Part shown: in pieces, positions 38,661 through 51,604 of the stretch | Position numbering within the stretch: position 1 is the first letter of the stretch | Layout: every line of letters begins with the position of its first letter | Source of the DNA: Tubiluchus corallicola | Taxonomy: Eukaryota > Animalia > Priapulida | Reading direction: 5' to 3' | DNA length: 64,000 nt | Assembly: GCA_030141605.1 (NCBI GenBank) | Contig: JAQGDQ010000411.1 | Coordinates: 62,001-126,000, forward strand | Program-made: the position numbers and the translations under genes | The notes under the pieces: generated by a model | What the model saw: the letters and a program-made list of their open reading frames with translations, nothing else | The model's database searches: none | Told to the model about the DNA's origin: nothing

Positions 38661-39539
38661 AATCTGTAGAAGCACGTTGTTCTAAACTTGTTTGACGTGT
38701 GTATAAAGTAATTCATCAAAATAGGGAGGCAAACCAAATACATATGAGGGGTAACTAGTTTCGTAAGGCTAGCTTATTTTGCACTATAGTAGTCATAACT
38801 TGCTAATATCAGGAAGAGCTGCAGCCCCATACTTGATAAATTTGAGTAATATTAATTGTAGACGAATTAGCGTCCATCAACATTGTTTAAGAACGTGTTG
38901 CGTAATCGTCTCCTCGACGATTGAAGCCATCCAGTCGTGTTTACATTAAACTCAGCCTTTTTAATCTTTTCGTGCTTACGAGATTCGTAAACAAACTCTT
39001 CTTACTAAGCAGAAGAACCTGGGTAAGTCAAAACCTATAAACATTGTAATTGTGAAGTCTTATAGCTCTTCTAGATGTCTCGTTTGAGCAGGACAAGAGA
39101 ATGAAGTCCTCTAGGACGCCATGTCTGACTACAATGCGTCCCGCTCAGTCATAAAGTCCATACTTTTATTTTATTTACTTGTATTCAATCACGATGGTTG
39201 TAATCCAGCCGTTTTGTTGAAATTGCCTGTAGCGTTTGTGTCGTTTAATTTCGCAAGGTTTTATTTCCTCGCTTGCACTGCTACGCGACAACAGCCACTA
39301 GGCAAAGTGTCCACGCTTGAAGACAGTGCTGCTAGGCAAGGTGTCCACGCTTGAAGACGGTGTGATTTTGACACTTCGTGGCACGTGGTCAATTCTTGCA
39401 CATCGCCTGCTTGTGCATCTAAGATGCGTGACGAATTGTGCAAATTCGTGGATAATTGAAGGGAGATATTTTGTGTTTAGAATGAATCAGACTAGTTTGT
39501 CGAGGCAAGGAGTCGTGTGATTCGCGCTTTATTCTTTAA

Positions 39540-40155
39540 AGTAAAACGGACCCAATGTTAAACTGTAAGTCAAAACAGTATACTCTTTAAAGTATTGAAA
39601 GGAAACATACTATTTTTTTTTCAAAAATGATTTACGTGAAAAATTTATTGCCACACAAACACAATTTCACGTTCGCGCTACTAGTTCTTCGCTGTTACAT
39701 GCATTTCGCCATTCGCTAGTTAGACGGGTAGCAGCGTATGCACTTCGGAAATGCATTACAGAAAAAACAGGTGCTGTATCTCTCAGTTCAGATATGTTAG
39801 TTTGTGACGAACTGCACACGTTCAACAGCTCGGCGTGAGCCCAACGGTAAATTTCAAATTTCAATTTTTATCTCAAAACTTGCCGAGTTTTATTACAACA
39901 CACTAAATATCTTACTGTAGCACTGTACTTCAGTTTTTGCTTTCGCATACACGTGCAACACGCTCGTGGAATATTTTTGCTGTTGAAAATTACGTTCGTT
40001 TGTGATGTCATCACTAGTTGGGCTCGTCCGCGGCTAATTAAGTTTTTAATCTATTATTTAATTATTAGAAACGCTTTTGCAGTATTAATTGTATTAAAAT
40101 GTATAATTTTTGTTGGACTTAGGGGTAATATAATGAAAAATCACCCTGTCTTCCT
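39540..40155 (-). mobile_element. MITE family B, full copy (inverted)
   Basis: Ends in cctgtcttcct; reverse complement of the 36736 copy. Confidence 0.82.
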
Positions 40156-40615
40156 TTGAATCCCGTCTTAAAATAAATTATTACTTACACTCTCACTTAC
40201 TTATTATCGTGCAAACTTTTCACTGGCAGCTTCCTCTTCAATTCTCACGAAGGATGCTTAATTGTACGTGTTTTTCTTAAATCGTTGAGAAAAGCTTAAT
40301 AATATATTTATCACGTGTGTGAGAATGTTCCACGAAACGCTAGACTAATGTTTTCGTGTCTTGTAGTTAATTCAAACTATTTTCTTACTCATCGTTCTGC
40401 CACTGATGCTTGAGTAGAAATTTGCTGCTGTGAAGAAGTTAATCGTTTTACAACCACGCGGCTTCTTCATAAACGCTCTGATTGTGAGAAGGAATCCTGT
40501 TTACACAAACTCTTCGTGTTTAAAATGTTCCAGTCTGACTGTCTAAGTAGTTATAGGGAACCATAATACAGTCTTCTCCCGTAAGATTTCAATGAAAGCA
40601 CGAGTAGCATCTTAA

Positions 40616-41233
40616 AGGAAGACAGAATGATTTTTCACGTACCATCCTATTTTCAAGGACAGTAAAAGTTTACATTTTAACACAATTAACACTGCAAAAC
40701 CGTTTCCAATCATTAAATAATAGATCGGAATCTTAATTAACGGCTGGCGAACCCAACTATTGATGACATCACAAACTAACATAATTTTCACCAGCAAAAA
40801 ACGTTCCTTGAGCGTGTTGCACGTGTTTGTGAAAGCGAAAATTGAAGTACAGTGCTACTGTAAGATATTCAGTGTGTTTTAATAAAACTGGGCAAGTTTT
40901 AATATAGAAATTCAAATTTGAAATTTACCGCTGTGCTCATGCATGAGCTGTCGGACGTGTGCAGCTTGTCACAAACGAACATCTCTGATTTGAGCGGTAC
41001 AACACCTGTTTTTGTGCAAAGCATTTCTGAAATGCAGGCGCTAGTGCCCGTCTAACTAGCAAATGGCGAAATGCATGTAACAGTGAAGAACTAGTGGCGC
41101 GAACGTGAAATTGTGTTTGTGTGGTAATAATTCTTTCACGTAAGTCGTTTTTGAAAAAATAGTGTGTTTTCTTTCAATATTTTAAATAGTAGCTTGCTTT
41201 GACCTACAGTTTAAGATTGAATCTGTTTTTTCT
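40616..41233 (+). mobile_element. MITE family B, full copy
   Basis: ttaa|aggaagacaga start; same internal sequence. Confidence 0.82.
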
Positions 41234-41458
41234 TTAGGTTAAAAGTCCGAGTTTGGGATTTAAATTTAACGGATTTATCTCTTTGCCTGAAAATATCATT
41301 TGGCATGACGTTTTTAATGGCTTCAAATTATTCTAGCGGGTCTATATGAATTTGCTTGATTTAACTTCCACACACTGTCTGTAACATCGTAGTTACAGAT
41401 TACAATGTGCCTGCATGATAGTATAGTGCTGTTTATAAATAATCACACATGTAGATTT

Positions 41459-41736
41459 GTATACAAATAGTTACGGTACAGTACTTATACAAATGGTTAC
41501 GGTACAGTACTTATACAAATGGTTACGGTACAGTACTTATACAAATGGTTACGGTACAGTACTTATACAAATAGTTACGGTACAGTACCTATACAAATAG
41601 TTACGGTACAGTACTTATACAAATGGTTACGATACAGTACTTATGCAAATAGTTACGGTACAGTACTTATACAAATAGTTACGGTACAGTACTTATACAA
41701 ATAGTTACGGTACAGTACTTATACAAATGGTTACAC
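41459..41736. repeat. 26-bp minisatellite, ~10 copies
   Basis: Unit ttatacaaatagttacggtacagtac. Confidence 0.96.
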
Positions 41737-41969
41737 TGTAGACTCCACACATATAATGACACTGTGTTATTGGTATAATTAGTTACACTCTACTGAGTCT
41801 AGTACTTATACAAATGGTTACAGTGTAGGCACTGCACATATAAGACACTGTGTTATTGGTATAGTTAGTTACACTGTACTTAGTACTTAGTGTAGTACTT
41901 GTACAAATGTTACGTTTGTAGTTCTTACTACAAACAATTACAATTACAACTGCACGATAGAAATAGTTC

Positions 41970-42170
41970 CACGTACACGGCGGATATGTGTATGTATGTC
42001 ACATTTGTTAGCGTTCCGGTTACAAAAGCGGAACACAGAACGCATGACGCGTCTATGAGCATGTCCATATGTGGCTTCTGATCTTCTGTTTCCGGAAGTT
42101 CGCTCGCCTCCCTTCTTCGACGCAAGTTTACTACCCCTAGGCTTCAACCCGCGGCTCGCCAGCTGGATTC
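41970..42170. promoter_or_regulatory. CpG-rich promoter-like region with ETS-type sites
   Basis: CpG-dense patch in an AT-rich background; ccggaagt at ~42092 and ttccgg at ~42015; lies upstream of the exon at 42505. Confidence 0.45.
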
Positions 42171-42504
42171 AACGACTTTTGTGTATACAAACTAAACGAG
42201 ATTATTTTTGGCAAAGATTTACACTAGGGCTATATACCGTACAAGCTATGGATTGAGGGAATTATCCCACATTTGTTATACACGCATTGCCTGGATACGG
42301 ATGTCCGGTTCGCATCTCTTGTGGGTTAATAAGACGGTGGAAAAGACACGGTTCATTTTCTTAAGTCAAAATCGTATGTGAAAGTTATTTTTTCTCGATA
42401 GTTCGTACGACGTTTGTTCCTTACAACACTAGCGTCATCTGGATGCTGTTTTTGTACTTTATTTCTTCTAATCGTGTGAATTATAATAACGCTGAGTTGT
42501 CATA

Positions 42505-42606
42505 ATGACTGAACTCGTGGGTAAAGTGTTAGAAGATCGTCGTCTGTCTGATTTTAGCAGTTTCTGCGTGAGCGTAGGGGGAACAGATTTGCTTCCGCCC
42601 ACACAG
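42505..42606 (+). CDS. Candidate first coding exon of an unidentified gene (MTELVGKVLEDRRLSDFSSFCVSVGGTDLLPPTQ)
   Basis: ATG, 34 open codons, consensus donor CAG|gtaagt; follows the CpG-rich region. Confidence 0.55.
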
Positions 42607-42819
42607 GTAAGTCATTTTACACATGCAGGTTATGAAAGGCTTCTTTGTTGTATTTTAAACTTGGGTGTAGGCTTCTAGTTTTAACACTGAGTGCAATCCT
42701 GTCATTGTGTAACTTCTGAAAATTTTTTAATGTTTTTAAACGCAGCAACAAGTGGCGCTGCAGTAACTTTAGAAAATATGTGAGTTAAGCAAGTTGATTT
42801 ACGTTAAATTCACTGTTAC

Positions 42820-43283
42820 CTGACAATGTGTTATTACATGGACTCATTGCTATTAAACAAACACGTATTTTCTAGCAAAGTACCTCTATCTAATGTAACC
42901 AGGGGGCACCACTTAAAGTTACAACCCGCTCACTGCCGACTTGATTGTTTTAAAAACTTTTTCTCAAACAGAATAATTAAAATCTGGAATCAACTCCCCG
43001 AGTTTCTGTCGGTGGTGCCTCCTTGTTCTGTGCTCAGAGTAGGAAAGTTTTTAAAAATGTTTAAAAGATGTAAATCTTCATAATCATTTATCTTTTAATA
43101 GGCATTTGTAAGTAACCTTCGCTCTTTGTCTTTTAACCGTAATTTTTTAACTAACCGTTTTTATCTGTAAAATTTATATCTGTGCTGTGTATACGTTTCA
43201 TCTTTCATCTTGGTTTCATATTTTATAATTTCTTGTTAATATTGTTTAACAAAGATTACGTATTAAAGCAAACTAAATAAACT
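42820..43283 (+). mobile_element. CR1-like LINE 3' end
   Basis: TRGHHLKLQPAHCRLDCFKNFFSNRIIKIWNQLP, followed by an AT-rich UTR with aataaa. Confidence 0.8.
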
Positions 43284-43360
43284 TATCTGAAATAAGGCTT
43301 AGTAATGAAGTAATGCCGATGGCTGGAAGTCTTTTCGAGTTAGAAATGGTGGAGGAAAGA

Positions 43361-43695
43361 TGGCACATATGTTATTCTGCTGCAGATGATTTCAATGGAA
43401 AAGTGGCACATATGTTATTCTGCTGCAGATGATTTCTATGGAAAAGTGGCACATATGTTATTCTGCTGCAGATTATTTCTATGGAAAAGTGGCACATATG
43501 TTATTCTGCTGCAGATGATTTCTATGGAAAAGTGGCACATATGTTATTCTGCTGCAGATGATTTCTATGGAAAAGTGGCACATATGTTATTCTGCTGCAG
43601 ATGATTTCTATGGAAAAGTGGCACATATGTTATTCTGCTGCAGATGATTTCTATGGAAAAGTGGCACATATGTTATTCTGCTGCAGATGATTTCT
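43361..43695. repeat. 43-bp minisatellite, ~8 copies
   Basis: Unit tggcacatatgttattctgctgcagatgatttctatggaaaag. Confidence 0.96.
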
Positions 43696-44169
43696 GTAAT
43701 AAAACTAAAATGCGTTCTGCAGGAAGCACATCTCTGCCAAAACAAGGAAAAGGAAAAAGGAAGATCTTTCCAGATCTCTGCCAAGACTAAAAAATCCTAA
43801 ACATTTTATTATTCTGCCTCTCACCTGATTATTTTGGTAGAAAAACCTTAAAGTAAAGATAAACAAATGAACGTTCAAAATATATATTACCTGTGTAAGT
43901 ATAGAGTATGGACCAGCTAGAGGGAAAATATTTTGTTCGTTAAACAAAATTATAATTAGTAATGCATGAACATTCCACTTAGTGTTTGTCTACAATTTTT
44001 CAATTATTTGGCGATGGTATAATAGACTGACAAATATGCGTTCATGTATTAATATATGCATTTATATAATACTTAAGGCTATATAGGATGTAATTAAAGG
44101 ACAACGTTACTCAGTTTTGCAAACGAGAATTTCTCAAAATGGAACTTGGAAAGCTAATTGTTGTTTGTC

Positions 44170-44522
44170 CTGGTGGAGATAATAAAAAAGAGATATTTGG
44201 CCTGGCCAAGACCTCCTCTTTTCAAAGAACTATGACACTTCCGTCTGAGCCCTCCGCGAAGTGCTTCACGAATGTTTTTTGTTCGAGGTATTAAATGAAG
44301 TTTTATGAAAAAAAAACAAGCGGTGAAACATCACCCATTTTGGTAGTTTTCACCCCCCCCCGTCCAAAATTCTGCTTCAAAGTGCATCTTTTTGTCTCCT
44401 ACCAATCTTCTCTACAAAGTTTCATGGAAATCCGTTAAGTAATTTTTGCGTAATAGTCTTACTGTTGTAAAATAAACAAAAACAAACAACGTTGAAGCAT
44501 AACTTTCTTGGCGGAGATAAAA
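44170..44522 (-). mobile_element. Helitron/Helentron-like non-autonomous element remnant
   Basis: aagtttcatggaaatccgttaagtaatttttgcgtaat ... cataactttcttggcggagataa resembles the TTACCTCCGCCAAGGAGGTTATG-type end as I recall it. Confidence 0.45.
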
Positions 44523-44586
44523 ATAATCAAAATATGTCTTGCCCACAGTAACCCTAACCCTGAGCTAATTTTTTATAAGTCTTTTA

Positions 44587-44936
44587 CATCTGTGCCATTT
44601 TTACTGTGTACCAGTCTTTTCCATCTGTGCCATTTTTACCGTGTACCAGTCTTTTCCATCTGTGCCATTTTTACCGTGTACCAGTCTTTTCCATCTGTGA
44701 CATTTTTACCGTGTACCAGTCTTTTCCATCTGTGCCATTTTTACCGTGTACCAGTCTTTTCCATCTGTGCCATTTTTACCGTGTACCAGTCTTTTCCATC
44801 TGTGCCATTTTTACCGTGTACCAGTCTTTTCCATCTGTGCCATTTTTACCGTGTACCAGTCTTTTCCATCTGTGCCATTTTTACCGTGTACCAGTCTTTT
44901 CCATCTGTGCCATTTTTACCGTGTACCAGTCTTTTC
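44587..44936. repeat. 35-bp minisatellite, ~10 copies
   Basis: Unit catctgtgccatttttaccgtgtaccagtcttttc. Confidence 0.96.
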
Positions 44937-45689
44937 GTAACCATCGTGGAAAAATTGACTAGCTTTTTTTTGCACAGGAATTAAATAACTTACGGGATAA
45001 ACTTATGGGATAACTTTTGGGATACGCTTGCAAGTTAAAAGATTAAGTTACTTAACATTGAAGGAAGTTACGTAACATTGAAAGTTTGCAGTAGTTCTGA
45101 AGCTGATTTGTGATAGTTGTGTAAGATTTGACTGATATCGTTCCTGAAAGAATTCACTTAGAAACGATTACAGTTTTGCATGAAATTTTGAAAAAAAGCT
45201 GTGATTTAGCAGATCTGACAGTCACGAGTGCACATGTTTAATATTGATACTTAACGACCTGTATTTCTCTAATCCCCCCCCCCCCGATTGTATTATTATG
45301 AAAACCTGTAGTGTTCTGTATCATTCATAATCTTTGCACGTTTTAATGTTGGAGCTGAATGTTTAATGACTGTCGTGTTATGCGCAACTAATGCATAGAA
45401 AAGAGTTACTCTGCTGCAGTACCACAAATCAAACTCAAGGTGATTCTTAGAGAAAATCGTTTATCTTGATCCCATCGTGTGGAAAAAGGAAAGTCAGGCT
45501 AAAAACGCCACAATTTGTGGCTTCACTCAGGAAACAAATGATCAAAACATCAAAAGGGGAGGGCGCCACAAGTACTTGGTACACTAACTGGTGTTTATGT
45601 TAGCGTTTGCTTTTGTGGAAAGGAGGGAGGAATATCTCTAAGTATAGGAAAATGTATCTAAGGTAATATGTAGAAAATTTGTATATAGG

Positions 45690-46324
45690 AAAGAAGTATT
45701 GGCTTCTAAAATTCTCAAACTAATATATCATGTAAGGTATGACCATCCCACAAATATAATTTATTTGTCTGTTAAAACTCTTAAAGTGAAAGATATATAT
45801 GACATGTATTGTCTTCATTTCATGTATCAGTATCACTACTTCACTACTTCCACCAGCTTTTCAGTCATACTTTAGTCCAGTTTCAAACCAACATGATCAT
45901 TACACAAGATATTCAGTCGAAAACTATGTACTCCCCCCTTCCAAAAACAAATATAATTAAACAGTCATCAAAATATAATGCTATTAAAATATGGTCATCA
46001 ATTCCGCGTGAAATGAAAACTCTTAATCTTTATCAATTTAAAAAAAGCATCAAAGAATTACCTACTACAACGGTATAATTAACTCACAATTTTACTCATC
46101 CTGATCTTAAGTTACTAACAAAACTTATTTTGTTCTAATGTATGCTATAACTGATGAAAATGTAATGTTAATTGTCAATTGTTTCACTTATCTGGAGGAG
46201 GACTCGAAAGCTCAATGCTCCTTCCTCCTCCACACAGTAACTCGTTTAGTTTATTTTTTTTCAATGTTATATCAATTTATATGTATGTTTGAGTTACTGT
46301 GGAATAAATAAATTCATTCATTCA
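45690..46324 (+). mobile_element. L2-like LINE 3' end with a (TTCA)n tail
   Basis: LKVKDIY, LPPAFQSYF...HDHYTR, SKYNAIKIWSSIP...FKKSIK; ends aataaataaattcattcattca. Confidence 0.78.
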
Positions 46325-46585
46325 GATGCGTTGCTGTGGTGCACTTAACCTTTGACCTACAGCAACTGCGCGTGCGCACAACGATACCGTGAAAAGGTTT
46401 ATTAAGAGTCACTGTAAACGGAGTTATATAGTGGAGTTCATCATTTATAACAATTTCAGGTAAATAAATTTTAATTAACTTCACATCCCCAGTATCCGCA
46501 TTAAAGGTGCCCTATCGTCCTTTTTCCTTTCGTAATCGGGCCAAATTTACTACAAAATTTGAAAGTAGGCAGGGTTTCATACAGT

Positions 46586-47791
46586 TAGGGTTGCCACCAC
46601 TCCTGATTTGCCCTGGAGTCTAGGGTTGTCACAACTCCTGATTTGCCCTGGAGTCTAGGGTTGCCACCACTCCTGATTTGCCCTACAGTCTAAGGTTGCC
46701 ACCACTCCTGATTTGGCCTGGAGTCTAGGGTTGTCACAACTCCTGATTTGGCCTGGAGTCTAGGGTTGCCACCACTCCTGATTTAGCCTGGGGTCTAGGG
46801 TTGCCACCACTCCTGATTTGGCCTGGAGGCTCCTGTAATTCAGCCATACATCCGTACTTCCGTCAGATTTGACCATAGCATTAAAATTTAAGTGGAAAAA
46901 GCAGAAATACGTCCTGCATACTATTGAAATGTTAAGAACCAAGCTAAAACAGCGGATTCTCTCCTAAGTAAAAAAATGAACTTATCAAATTAATTTTAAA
47001 TGGTCTACATTTCTAGTCAACTTTTGCTGCAATTTCACATTCTTTCAGTTTAGCAAGTTTGTAGTTTAGTTTTGTTGATTTTTGTTTCTGAAAAAGCGCT
47101 CATAAGACGCCTCGCAGGCGCTGACTCCCTAGCTGGCTCTTGACTGCCGATTTCGGTTCTTGACGAGGTGGCAACCCTAGTAAAACAGTCACGAGGTGGC
47201 AACCCAAGTAAAACAGTGACGATGTGGCAACCCTAGTAAAACGGTGACGATGTGGCAACCCTAATAAAACAGTGACGAGGTGGCAACCCAAGTAAAACAG
47301 TGACGAGGTGGCAACCCTAGTAAAACGGTGACGATGTGGCAACCCTAATAAAACAGTGACGAGGTGGCAACCCTAGTAAAACAGTGACGATGTGGCAACC
47401 CTAGTAAAACAGTGACGAGGTGGCAACCCTAGTAAACCAGTGACGAGGTGGCAACCCTTGTAAAACAGTGACGAGGTGGCAATCCTAGTAAAACTGTGAC
47501 GATGTGGCAACCCTAGTAAAACAGTGACGAGGTGGCAACCCAAGTAAAACAGATGTGGCAACGAGAGTAAAACAGTGACGAGGTGGCAACCCTAGTAAAA
47601 CAGTGACGAGGTGGCAACCCTAGTAAAACAGTGACGATGTGGCAACCCTAGTAAAACAGTGAAGATATGGCAACCCTAGTGAAAACAGTGACGATGTGGC
47701 AACCCTAGTGAAACAGTGATGATGTGGCAACCCTAGTAAAACTGTGACGATGTGGCAACTCTAGTGAAACAGTAACGAGCTGGCAACCACA
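46586..47791. mobile_element. hAT-like MITE with both termini amplified into minisatellites (35-bp left unit, 28-bp right unit)
   Basis: TIR tagggttgccacc / ggtggcaacccta; perfect 8-bp TSD catacagt (46578-46585, 47792-47799). Confidence 0.9.
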
Positions 47792-49688
47792 CATACAGTA
47801 CACACATGTTACTGATGCTGAAACACGTTGGATCGTCAAGTAAACGTTTCGTGGAACTCTAAGTTAAATTTTTATTACCGTAAAATCATCATTTTGACGT
47901 GACGCTAGTCGTGCTTTGATGTGTAAAAAAATGTGTGAAAAAAATCGGGAAAATGTACGTCCTTTAGGCTGGATTGTGAAATTGCTGCAGCTCCAGACTG
48001 AACTATTTCGCTAAAAGGGTGTAGGTAGATGGGGGAAGGTGTTAAACGGCTTGCTTTAGTTTTGCAAGCCGTTTGTGTATTTGCATTAAGAACACGTTGA
48101 ATTTACTGATAGTTTGAAACACATTTAATACTTTCAACGGTGCGCATGCGTCAATTGCAGTGTTTACCAATCACCCCCCCCCCACCACCTCCCAAGGCAA
48201 GTTTCACACCATTCGTAGTCCTGACACTTAAGACATCTGTTGTACAGATGAAATCTTGCAAGTAATATTGACGTTTGAAATGGTCACAAAGCCGTGCACT
48301 AATATAGAACTTCTAGAATTTTTTACAAGAAATAAAATTTGTAAAATATCACGTGACCCGACGGAAAACATACAAGCAAAAAAAAACAAAGAAAATATTT
48401 ATTTACCATCGCTCATTCAACAGACAAGATCAGCACTAACGGCTATTTAACGACTTACATTTACAACAATACAGGTAAAGACGTAACAAACAAATAACGA
48501 ATAACAGGTAGATTATATTATTTTTATATATATTTAGGTATTTATTAGTGTCAAAAATACATATAGCACAAGAAAAAACAACACATACATAAAATTTCAA
48601 TTTTGAAAAAGGGTAGGGTATATACCCGGGCAACCGGTAGTATCGAACTCACGACTGCTTGGTTGCAGTCCGAAATAAAAACCACTCAGTCATACAACCC
48701 AGCACGAGCTCAGAGATAGCTATTTTAGCAGTAGTAGAATTTTTCTGTAATGTGTTTAAGCTTGGAACTCGTAATTTTATATCAGTATTTCATAATAGGA
48801 AAATGTTACACATTGTAGTTTTATCATGGAGATTCCTAGATGTAGAAGAATTAATGATAAAATCGGCTTTTTCCCGTGGACTTCTTATCTGTGTAATTCT
48901 CTAACATGTATTTACATCTTTCCATGAAACTACAACCTCACTCTGTTCAACAAGATCCTCAATAGACACTTATCCGATCTGTAGCTTTTCAGTGGCTGTT
49001 GGGTTTGGTTGTGCTGATTTATATAAAAAATGTTTTATATTATATGCGCCCATTCTGTTTATTAATTAGGCGAGTTCAAGGATAAGCTATTTTAGCATTA
49101 GTAAGCTACTCTTAAATTCATATTTTAAACAACATATGTAAACTTAGAACTCGTACGTTTATATCAGGACTTCATAATATGAATACGTCTACCTTGGTGG
49201 TACGAGCCGAACAGTGAAGGTTTACCAGTAGAAGATTCGAGGCTAGACATTCTGCAAGTGCCCAAATCAACGTCAAAAGAAACAATATAGCATATACACC
49301 TGGGACATAACCAGTAGGGTGCACCAAGGATTCACTCTAGCACCATTGCTGTTTCCTACAATGTATCAGTGGTTTCACTACGCGTTTTCAAAGATAAAAT
49401 TTCTCTATAAAATTACAATTTTGAAAAATTGGTGACACGAAGCTGTTTCAGGCCTAGAGAAAGCTGTCAGTACTCTGCAAACTAGTTTTTCATGCAGCGT
49501 TGCCTATTTTTTCTCTATATTCACCTACTTTGCAGATGAATAGTTTGTCAGCAGTACAATATGGGCTGTATGAGCTTGTTGACTTAGCGTTATTGAACCT
49601 CCTCCGCCGGATATGACACAGTTCTCCTCTTTGCTGTCAACTTCGCCAGCATCTGTAGGACCAATTAACGACAACATTTCTCTTCTAA

Positions 49689-50428
49689 GGCCCATTTCAC
49701 AGTGAGGATGTGCAGAAAATGCCTCAAGAAGAAATTTCTTGTGGTATTCCTCACGAAAATGGAACACCTTGTTTTTTATAGCGTATTTCACAGTGAGGAC
49801 ACGCGGCAAAATCCTCGTGAGGAATTCTGCTGCCAGCTGAAAGTTATGCGTCCTCCTCGGGGGAAATTTGCCACGTGATAGGAATACTGTACTCCATCCT
49901 CGCGGAATTCAGTCTTAAATTTAACTACTCAATTACTTCTTTTTTATTTAACGAACAACAATTAACATATTTTAGCATAAAATTCTAAGATTTAATCTCT
50001 CCTTTAACAAACTTACGCTTTTATGGTTTTTTAATGCAACTTCAATGGCTATATTCGTGAAGAAGAAAAATAACGCACGTACATAATTATTTTATATAAG
50101 TATATTTTCAGGTTTTGAAGTGATTAGTAGAACTTTACTAAAAAATAAACAGTTCTGACATTACATTGACTAACATTATTAATTGTACTTTGTATATGAG
50201 AAATACAGCAAGTATAACTTAATTTAGACACGATTTTACAGTATAAAACTTGCAACGTAACTGCAGCTAATTGGACGGCAGGACAAATATCTAGCGGTTT
50301 CACTGTGAAATGAACTTTCATGCTGTATGGAATTTCGAGAAAAATCCGAAAATTTCGAATTTTTTTTTGATTTTCTGACGGCGATTCCTTGCGTCATTTT
50401 TCCTCACGTACTCAGTGTGAAATGGGCC
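49689..50428. mobile_element. PIF/Harbinger-like MITE
   Basis: TAA|ggcccatttcaca ... tgtgaaatgggcc|TAA. Confidence 0.88.
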
Positions 50429-50920
50429 TAAAAATTCTATGCACTGCTTGCTTTTTAATAAATCAGGTCGACAAGCTTATAGAACCAATGCATACACATT
50501 TGTTGCTGCCGTGCTACTTGATTCCGTGTAGATGATACTACTGATACAAGAAAAAATTCAGCTATTAATCTTCGTTATTGTCCAGTAGTCAATAAGCTTA
50601 AGGAAAATCTCGTAAAACCCCATAGCGAAGCCACTGATAAGGTTTAAGAAGAGCAGTGGTCCTAGAGTGAACCCTTGGGGCACACCGCTAGAGAGTTCAC
50701 AAACTATGAACGTAAGCTATGATGCTTTTACAATCGGCCGATGAAGAATAGATAAGAAACGCAAGATAAAAATATACGTATAGAAACGCGCATCCCTGTA
50801 TGTAAAAAAAATCAATAAAAGTTAATTTGACAGTTAAAATAAAGCCTAATTAAAATCGCGTAAGCGTAATTGTACAGAATATGCAGGTAAACAATGTAGA
50901 CAAAAATTTAGCGAACATTA

Positions 50921-51032
50921 TACGTGACTACAAAGAGAACATCACGTGACTACAAAGAGAACATCACGTGACTACAAAAAGAACATCACGTGACTACAAA
51001 AAGAACATGACGTGACTACAAAGAGAACATCA
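50921..51032. repeat. 22-bp tandem repeat, 5 copies (cacgtgactacaaagagaacat)
   Basis: Directly visible. Confidence 0.92.
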
Positions 51033-51604
51033 GCTAAACTCTTCATCCGTGTCAGTAAAAGTTTCTTTAAAACATTAAAATGATCATTTGAACCAGCTAT
51101 CAGGTGTTCAGGTGATCTATTCCAAATTTTTACACTAGAACTTCGTTATATTCTAGGTGTAAACGGTGTATATACTACATTGTGTTTCTTTTGAAGTTGA
51201 CTTGGGCACTTACGAAATGTCTAGCCTCGAATCTTTTTCCGGATAACTTTTTCTGTTCGACATGTATGACCACGTCAGACGTATTCATATCATGAAGTCC
51301 TGATATAAAAGTACGAGTTCTAAGTTTACATATGTTGTTTAAAATATGAATTCAAGAGTAGCTTACTAATGCTAAAATAGCTTATCCTTGAACTCGGATA
51401 ATTAATAAACAGATCGGATAAGTGTCTATTGAGGATCTTGTTGAATAGAGTGAGGTTGTAGTTTCATGGAAACATGCAAATACATGTTAGAGAATTACAA
51501 AGATAAGAAGTCCAAGGGAAAAAACCGATTTTATCATTAATTCTTCTACATCTAGGAATCTCCATGATAAAACTACAATGTGTAACAGGAAAACGAATTG
51601 CCCT

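Larger units (their letters stand above)
48786..51588. repeat. Long inverted repeat, arms ~48786-49285 and ~51183-51588
   Basis: tgttacacattgtagttttatcatggagattcctagatgtagaag versus its reverse complement at ~51543-51588; high identity, with an ~85-bp extra segment in the left arm. Confidence 0.9.

Noticed and set aside
44549-44561. Telomere-like (aaccct)2
   Set aside because: Only two units; common inside invertebrate repeats and not evidence of a telomere.
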